A stretch of DNA of 45,709 bases from Geosiphon pyriformis uo1 (Eukaryota > Fungi > Glomeromycota). The stretch's first letter is position 1. Each line of letters opens with the position of its first letter. Below are positions 37,036-45,709 of this stretch, piece after piece. The notes beneath the pieces were generated by a model. The model made no database searches and was not told where the DNA came from. It worked only from the letters and a program-made list of their open reading frames with translations. Where the stretch lies: contig JAAOMT010000683.1 in assembly GCA_016748015.1 (NCBI GenBank), positions 1 through 45,709 on the forward strand. Reading direction: 5' to 3'. A program made the translations under genes and the position numbers.

Positions 37036-39167
37036 ATGTCACTTTATTCCAAAAGAAAAAAAAAAGCTAAAGATCAAGTTAGAAATACATAAGAATCATA
37101 TAAAAAACACATTATACCATTTTAATAAATAATCATAATATTAAAGTAAATGAATTTAACAGACTAGATATTAGTAATAAAGAGTAAAGTGACAATAATA
37201 ACAGTAGATAAAATGATACAAAAGATATGGAAGTTATAATTAGAATAAATACAAAATTAAAAAAATTCAGTTTAATATAAAAAAATGACAATTATCTAAA
37301 AAAAAAAGAAACGAGACCTTTACATAACAAAAAAGATACCAAAATCAATCTATTATAATAAATATAAACCAAATAGTTTATTCACCAAAACAGCAGCCAA
37401 AATTAAAAAAATTACCATTTTTTTTAATATTAGTAATGCTCAAACTACAGACTTACAATAGCCTAAATCTAATAAATCTTCAAACAATTCAGAAAGTAAG
37501 GTTAATCTATATGCTAGTCAAATAAAAAAAGGATAAGAGTTAAAAAAACATTTGGAAAAATAATATGCTCAATTAACTGTCTTCAAATATAATCAAAAAA
37601 GAGTTATTTTTAAATATTTTATCTTGTTAAATAATAATAATAGACATGAAAAAATTAATGCCAGTTTGAAAATTGCCCAAAATTTTTTTATTAATAGTAG
37701 TATATAGAAAGCATAAAGAATTTGATATCTTGTAAAGTATTAATTGCTTAATAATAAACTTCTAACATCAAAATATAAAACACCAAAAAACAATTAGAAT
37801 AATTGATGATGAAAACATTGTAAAAAGATGTCATATTTGGATTAAAAACCAAAACTTCAATGTCACTTCAGCCATATTTAAAAAATTTATTAAGCATGAA
37901 TTGTTTTCTAATATTAAAATAATGAAAAAAAAACTATTAGTCTTATAACTACAGTAAAATGGCTCAAAATTTTTGGTTATTTATTTTAACAACATTATCA
38001 AGGCTTATATTATAATAAACATAAAAGTAATAATGTTTTGCAATCTTAAAAAAAATTTTTAGAAAAAATATATAAGCATGAAAAATATATGTCAAAGTAT
38101 GAAGATAAATTTATAGATTGAATATATCTTAACTTACTTAATAGAGAGAAAAAAAAAGTTCTTGTAGTTCTTAATGAATGCATTTTTTATTCAAATGATA
38201 GCAAGTGTAACATATGAGTTAAGCATGAAAATTTGCTATTAAGAAAAAAAAGAAATAAAAAATCAATTATGATTAGTGAATTTTTAACTGAAATTAATAA
38301 ACATTTATGTTTATAACAAAATAATATAGAAAACTATTCTAATATACCAGAAAAAACATGATGCTATTTGCAACCTGGTATAAATTAAAATAGTTATTAA
38401 ACAGTAAACTATCTTTTTAAACAAATTAAATATAAAACAATTTTTAAGAAATTATATTCAAATTATACAGCTGTATTTGTTTTCAATAATAGCTCTAATT
38501 ATGTAGTATTTAGTAAAAATGCTTTAATTGCAAGCAAAATAAATTTAAGTTAAGATAGAAAGCAATTATTAATATAAGATACTTCTTTTAGATTAGACAA
38601 TTAATTACAATCAATAATTTTTTCAGAAACATATTTAGATGAAAAACTTTGAGAATTGTCTAAAAAAATTAAACAAGTATTAATAGAATGAGGAAAATGG
38701 CCATTAAAAAAATTAATATTAGAATGCAAAAAATGCAAAAAAAAATCAAAGATTCTTTAAAAGTTTCTTGTTGTGTACATCAAATAAAATTTTTGGAATT
38801 TGATTTTTTTACTTGAAAAAATGCAATTAAAAAATTAATTAAAAATATGAGACATAAATGCATTTTTTTTCCAAAATTTCATTGTGAATTAAATTTTATT
38901 AAAAAATATTAGGAAACTATTAAAAGATATATAGATAACAACTATGATTATTCATAGAAAAGATTACAAAAAACAGTGTCTAAAAGTTTTGAATTAGTAT
39001 CTTTAATAACTATTAAACAATTTTCAAGAAAATGTTAGTGTTATATAAATCTTTATAGAAAAAGTTTTAGTAGAAAATTAGTAGAATATACTATAAAAAA
39101 GTATAAATCTTATAGAAAAATTTCAGATAATATTATTAAAGAATTAAACAAATTAAATAATATTTAA
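37036..39167 (+). pseudogene. DDE transposase with a long Cys-rich insertion, degenerate
   Basis: MSLYSKRKKKAK..., GLYYNKHK (YxDGHE), LVVLNECIFYSND (HDE), AVFVFNNSSNY (FDNSSNH), KQVLIE*G, CKKC...CC, HKCIFFPKFHCELNFIK, KKYKSYRK. Confidence 0.88.
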
Positions 39168-41619
39168 ACTTTGTAATACTGTATTTGGTTTTATATTATA
39201 TAAATTTAATAAAATTTTATTTTTTATTATAAATAATATATTAAAAACACATATATATTAACCAATAAAATTTAATTATATAAATAAAAACATGTAAAGA
39301 TCATTATTTAAAATTTCGGATTGATTTACATTTTTGATGAATATAAATAATTTGCACTATATTATTATTAATACCAATCAATAACTTTAAATTACCAAAC
39401 ATATTAATATTATTAATATAGTATCTTTTTTTAATAAAACCACTTTTTTTTTAGCTTATTAACAATTTTGCTAAAAAATCTTAGATAAATTATAAGCTTA
39501 TTAATCTTAAGACTAAAAACATTATTTGAAACCAAATCATCATTAATAAATTGTTTAAATATAATAACTAAAAAGTTAACAGACTTAATAATTAACTCAA
39601 CCAAAACAAAAAGTTTGGTCAAATCAGATTTTAAAGAAATTAATTAAAAAATTATCATAGAATTACCAACAATTACAGAAAAAAAAATAGAAGTTATTAA
39701 ATATAAAAACTCAAAAAAACTTAAAAAAACAGAAGTTTTGGCATAAGACTTAGCATTTACAAAATATAATATGAATACTTTGAAAATTTTGGAATTTTTA
39801 AAAAAAAAAAATAGAGACATTTTACAGTTTACAGTCAGATAATCTATTTTTTAATATTTAAAATAATACTAACAACCAAAAATTTTTTACTAGATACAGC
39901 ATTTTCTTAATATATTAATATTGACTACTATAGTATTCAAATCAGTTTAAAATTCAAATATAATTAAAGCAAACCAAGAACAATAACCAGAATTAAGAGA
40001 ACAAAGAATAAAACATATTTAACTACTAATTTGAAAAATCATATTATTAATCTTAAAAACAATACAACCAAAAAAAAGGTTAACCAACTTGGCCTTAAAC
40101 TTATTGTAAGACAAAATAGTCTTATTTTGATTAACCAAAAAGATAATTCTAATACTATTTTTGTCTATTAACACTAATCAATAATTTAAAACAGATATAA
40201 CAGTATTTAAATCTTTAAAATAAACAATAACATATTGCCAATTTCAATACAATACAGACAATTTTACCAAAAACACTAAGTGCTGTTTTAATATTAGTAG
40301 CAAATATAATTAAAAATATATTATATATTGCAATAGCAATAGAAAAAAACCAAACTTAGAAACTACCAAAGATTTGGCAATTTTAAAAATAGTCAAATAA
40401 ACAGAGTTTGTAAGCTTAACCAAAAATACAGTTTCTAAAGACTTTTAAAAAACAAACTTCATGTAAAAAAACTTTATATTGTTCTTTAATACTGACTTAA
40501 TACTTAAAAAACCATGTATAGACTAAAAAACAGCTTTAATATAAGCCAATTTGATCTTAATAATAACATTAAACATTAAAATAAAGGCCATTTACTTAAC
40601 AAACTTTTAATAATTAGAGATATTTCCCTAAACACCACTAGTGGCAGCACCAAAAATTAACAAAAAAAATAAATCAGTTTTTATTTAATTAATTTATTTT
40701 TCAAAAACAGATAATCTAATAAAAAACTGTTATTTTGTTTTAAAACCAATGATAATCTGTTAAAAAAAACTATATTTGACAACATAATTAATAGTTAATT
40801 TTGGTCTATATTAAATAACATGCTAGATAATATAACAGAAATTTTATTTAAAATTTTATTAAAAATCACAAAAAAGTTCAATATAACAATAGCAAAAGTG
40901 AGTAGTTGTCTTTACTTTTTTAAATTTTTGGTCTTTTTAACTATATTTTTTGAAAAAATAATGCTAAAAACACCAGATATAGAAATTATAAAAAAAAAGA
41001 CCAGCTTATTAACTAGTCTATTATTAAAAACTTTTGAGCTTTTGGAAAAAGTAAAAACAATACTAAAATTAATCCAAATGTGTTTTTTAAGAAAATTTTG
41101 ATCAGTAAAAAACCAGTTAAAAATGAAAAAGATGCTTTAATGATTATTAAAAATAGCTTTTTATTATTACTAACCAAGAAAAAAACTTCTAAACATTCTG
41201 CTTAATTGTTTTCATAACAGAAAAAACTTTTCTGGTTAAAATTTTGTAAGATACCAAAGAAAAAATACTGGTTGTAACTTTTTTATTCTTTGTTTTGATT
41301 GTAGTTATAAAATTAAAGATACAAAAAATATCACAATTAATTTATATATTTTATTATAGTATTTTTTGATTTAAAATATTATATATTAATATTTTACATT
41401 ATAAAAATTTTATTTATAATACAAGTTTTTTTATTTACAGAATTTATAATATTTTTAAGATAATAAATATTGGTATCTATTAGCAAAATATAAAACAATA
41501 CATAATATATATATTTTTTAATTTAAGATTTTTTGTTTATATTAGTTTTAATTATATATATAGTTTTTTTAAAGTGTTTATTAAAATTTTTTTAACTAAT
41601 TTTTAATTTAAATAAGTAT

Positions 41620-42545
41620 TTTTTTATTTTTTTTATTATGCATTTAATGAGTAAAGTCCAACTGCTATCTAGTACATAGAACCAAACTAAATAGATTAAA
41701 CTAAATACAGTTTATGCACTTGCTACATGTAGCCAGCCATTTGGGCCAATCAAAACTACACTACATATCTATATGAACACACATGTTACTACCTAAACCA
41801 GAAAAAAAATAACACATCCTGTGTCTACTAAAGCTAACTGTAAAAGATTCTATAATACCAAGCATACAAACCACTATATTAGATAATATAGACACCAAAT
41901 GTAGAGATAGGCTTGAAATTAAATTATTATCTTTGATTAAACCAGTTTTTTCTATATCTATTTTATGTTTAGATCTAATAAGCCATATCTTAGCATGATA
42001 TAGCTTCACCACAAACTTGACATAATCAACAAGAGCCAAAACAGCTCTTTTTTTTTCTTTAAAGCACAAAACAGTTTTAGTATACTAATCTCTTAAAACA
42101 AAGCCTTTGCAAATAGCAGTGTATAGATCCATATCTGAGAAATATAATGAAAGTAAATGCAAAATAGAAAATAAAAATGGACAAAAAAGATCTGTTAATG
42201 AAACCCATCTCTTAATAGCTTTAGCCAAAATATTTTCATGAAAACCAATATTACCAAAATATGTAAAAGCATAATCAGACACTTCTATCTTATCATATAG
42301 CAAGCACAGTACACCAAAATAGCCCTTGTTGTATAATTTTTTCTTAACTACAATTGGCAGCCGTTTATGCACTGCTTTTATTAAATATGTTCACATATTA
42401 GCCAATTTCCAGCTGGTAAATCCAAAAAGCATGTGTAAATTTAGTTGTCAAACTTTCATAGTAGCTTTCCAATCTATTTCTCTAATCATAATACTTAGGA
42501 CCACATCATAATCAGAGCCAGTCTCCCAATGGGCACAGCAATAAA
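41620..42545 (-). mobile_element. LINE copy E: 5'-truncated (end of ORF2, 3' UTR, poly-A)
   Basis: ORFs 41761-42069 and 42085-42372 match the ORF2 C-terminus of copy D; T-rich tail at 41620-41637. Confidence 0.9.
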
Positions 42546-44421
42546 TAAATATTTATACATTAATTTTTATTTAAAAACAGATTTTTTTTATAATTAAAAA
42601 TAAATATTAATCTGATTATTTTTTAAAATTTTGAAAAAATTTAAATTTTTTTAAAACTAATTATTAATAAAAATATTTTTTTACTATTAACAATTTTTTT
42701 ATAAAATTTTTTTTTTTTCAATACCAAAAATTTTTTAACAATAAAAACTATTCTTTTTTTAAATAATAATAAAAAATCAGCAGTAATATTAGCTTTAATA
42801 CAAGTAAAAATATGTTTACTTTTATTTTTTTATTATTTTTAATATATTAAAATCAAAGTTTTATTATTATATTTTAACAAAGTTTGCTTTAAATATTATA
42901 AGTATTAAATTATTTACATGATTTTTTTTTATTTTATTATTATTAGTTTTAACTGTTTTATTTTTATTTGTATCATTAAGTTTACTTTTAGATCTAATTT
43001 AATTTTTTAAAAACCACTAGTATTATTAAATATTTTTATATTACTTTTTTTGGTGCTACTTTTTTGCTTAAAATCTATTATATTTTGTTAATGTTAAAAT
43101 AGAACTTTTTTACAGTTTTGTTTCTGGCTATATTTTTTTAGTACTATCTAAAACAACAACTTTCTAGATAAAAAGATTTTTTGACTTAATAATTTAATAA
43201 TATAGAAATATAAAACAAAAATTCTTTCAAAAAACTTTTTCTTTTTTTAATATATCAAAAGTTACTTTAAAAATAACATATTATTATATTTAACCAGTTT
43301 TATTAGAGAATTTTTAAATAAAAAAATGGGAAAATTAAAACTATTTTAAAGATTTTTAAAAGAAAAAAATTCAACAATGATTAATAAAAATAAAATAGAT
43401 AAAGTTATCAAAATTTTTTAATATATTCATATTACAAACCTTTTTAGAAATTTAACAATAATATTTTAGCAAATTTATAAGCATAATTAATATTAATATT
43501 TAAAAAAAATTTTAAATTAGAATTGATTTTATGCTAAAATATATAAATTGTACAAACAACTTATTAAAAAACTTTAATTTTTTATAATTAAAAAATATAA
43601 TATAACATGGATAAAAAAACAATGTAAATAAAAAGCCTGTTTATTTTAAAATAATGAGCCTTAGTATTATTAGTCAAAAAAATAAAACCGATTCAAATTT
43701 GGACAACAAGAAATGAAAATTAATTTACATGTGTATTTATTATTTTGGTTAATAATTTAAAGCTTTTTCTTTGTTAATTTCCAAAAAAAATGAATACTTA
43801 AAATTTTAAAATTTTTTTTAATTTAATGTATTCAAAAAAATGAATAAACAAAAAATGATTTTAAAAAGATAATAAAAATAATCAATGAAAAAGCATATTC
43901 TTTTTAACTTCAAAACATACAAAATTGAACAAGTTAACAAATCAGCAAAAAACAAATACTAATTTTCATATAATTCCTAAAAATTTCACATTAAGTAGAT
44001 AAATTAGATTAAAAAATGTTTATAATTTAGAAGATTAAATAAATAATATTATAATTATAACAAAAATTGTGCTTATTTATGTTTTTTATATTTTTGATTT
44101 AACTAAAAAGTAATGCTTATTTTTGAGTAGTATTTATTTTCAAAGAAATGTATTTTTTAAACGAACAAAATAATATATAAAAATAATTAATATTAAGCAA
44201 TTCATTTTGAAAAAAATAAATAGTATAATTATTTATATTTATCAAAAATAACATTGTTAAATAAACAAATAAATGAAATAAAAAGGTAATATTTGAACAA
44301 TTCATTTGTCAAATTTATTAAAATCAAATTAAAAACCAAAAAATTTTCATGTTTAAAATTTATATAGGAAAGAATAACATTAATTTTATTAAGTAAAGGT
44401 CAGCGAGAACATAGAAAATTG

Positions 44422-44442
44422 TATTATTATTATTATTATTAC

Positions 44443-44523
<81 letters not shown>
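44422..44523. repeat. (TAT)34 microsatellite with one TAC variant
   Basis: Read directly from the sequence. Confidence 0.98.
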
Positions 44524-44918
44524 CATCAACAGCAACGAATTTTTCTAAAAAGCTTTCTTAGGTTACTTATGCTCATTCCATGCAACAATTTTAATTGTTT
44601 ATTACAGTCAAAGCCCCTAAAGTCACAAGTGTAATTAGCAAGGATTTAGGTTGATTTAAAAAAAAATTAGTTATAAATTTTTCTCCGATTAGAATCGGAA
44701 TAAATGTAAAAGATTATACGGTTGAGCTTATTTTTTTTGTTTAAGTTCGGTAAATCTCAAACAAGTTTTTCCGAATTGTTATTTCAAAATTGATAAATGA
44801 TATTGCGGAGTTCTCAGTAATAGGTTATATTTTTATTTCCCTAAAATCTATATAAACTACTCCAGTTACATTAGTATTCTATTTCTCGCATGGTCTTCTT
44901 TCTTTAAAATCAACCACA

Positions 44919-45709
44919 ATGAATTTTATTTTAAATCAAAATTCAATCAAGCTAAATCCTCTATTCAAATTTAAATTTAAAATGACAATTTTGATGCTAT
45001 TTTTATTTTACTTTTGGGTCCACAGAAGCCAAAAAAGCTTAAATGATCCTAAAGGGTTTCAATTTATTCAGAAATTAGATTCAAATCAAACTTTTTCCAA
45101 CGTGGTAAAGTGGATGAACCTTACTAAGATTCCGCTAAAAAATAATCAAATTATGAAACGTTCACAATCACAAAATAAAGTGCCAATCAACCTTGAAAAT
45201 GGCCTTTTTCCATTGTTCCCGGTTATTGCATTTTTCACAAATTTTGTGGACTGCCTTAAACTAAATAACATTGGCTTAGACGTGCCTCATTTACAAATAA
45301 AAGGTTTTTCTTTTATAAAATTCATTATTTTAATATCAAGAATATTTCTAAAAAAAATGTTTTAGTGGATGCGCAAATCTTCAAAACAACTAAAATTAAT
45401 AACGAGGCTTCTTCCATTTTATTAATAATATTTGTCGGAAAAGTAAACATTTTTAGTTTTTATGCTTGCTATACTATTTTTTTTTATCAAGAAAGAAATT
45501 AAATAATATGAATAACTCTTTTTTCCCAACAAGAAATTAACAAAGCAACAATGGACTTCTAGAAATCCAAAATTAGTGGAACCACAATTTACAGGCCTCC
45601 CATTTTATCCCAAGGGGGCGGAACGTGTTGATTCACAAGTGTTAAAAGATGTAAAACTTCTATTCCCTCAATTAAAAAAAGTTATTCGAAGGTACCTAAG
45701 TAACACTTT
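44919..45709 (+). CDS. 5' part of a spliced host gene, possibly a secreted lipase class 3-like protein (incomplete at window end)
   Basis: Exons 44919-45303, 45366-45442 and 45534-end join in frame through GT-AG introns (the second with an AAG acceptor). Hydrophobic N-terminal stretch; IAFFTNFVDCL and LLIIFVGK/KLTKQQW resemble the lipase-3 AYC and IVVAFRG regions. CpG is retained. The catalytic GxSxG region is not in the window. Confidence 0.55.

Larger units (their letters stand above)
35173..39359 (+). mobile_element. 4.2-kb IS630/Tc1/mariner-superfamily DNA transposon with TIRs, TA duplication and a cargo gene
   Basis: Left TA|TGGTACAAATTATTTATAGTCATCAAAAA versus reverse complement of the right end TA|TAGTGCAAATTATTTATATTCATCAAAAA (26/29 identical); host element rejoins across the TA. 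Confidence 0.9.
34873..41300 (-). mobile_element. Non-autonomous ORF1-only retroelement, copy 2, split by a DNA transposon (pieces 34873-35172 and 39360-41300)
   Basis: Both pieces align collinearly with copy 1 (e.g. 39590-39630 vs 18210-18250); ATG at 41215; the sequence is continuous once 35173-39359 is removed. Confidence 0.82.

Noticed and set aside
44419-44634. Poly-tyrosine ORF
   Set aside because: It is only the translation of the (TAT)n microsatellite, and it opens on a non-ATG start.
1-45709. Bacterial endosymbiont, phage or organelle origin suggested by low GC
   Set aside because: LINEs with poly-A tails, spliceosomal introns and a bromodomain indicate nuclear eukaryotic DNA; no operons, tRNA, rRNA or CRISPR arrays were seen.

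Overview
This is a very AT-rich eukaryotic window, almost certainly fungal; the protein families resemble Glomeromycotina/Geosiphon-type repeats from memory, which I have not verified. About 43 kb is nested, decayed transposable elements. In order: scrambled pieces of a dUTPase-carrying LTR retrotransposon (1-4.4 kb); five copies of an APE-RT-RNase H LINE at different stages of decay; two copies of a non-autonomous ORF1-only element that shares the LINE 3' tail and stem-loop; a small DD35E Tc1 element nested in one LINE; and a 4.2-kb TIR transposon nested in one ORF1-only copy. That 4.2-kb transposon carries, divergent from its transposase, an intron-containing bromodomain + BAH (Rsc1/Rsc2/polybromo-like) gene remnant, the most striking finding here. 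All repeats show heavy C>T/G>A decay, including outside CpG. After a (TAT)34 microsatellite at ~44.4 kb, CpG reappears and an apparently intact spliced host gene (possibly lipase-3-like) runs off the window end. All translations were done by hand; boundaries are approximate unless motifs are quoted.
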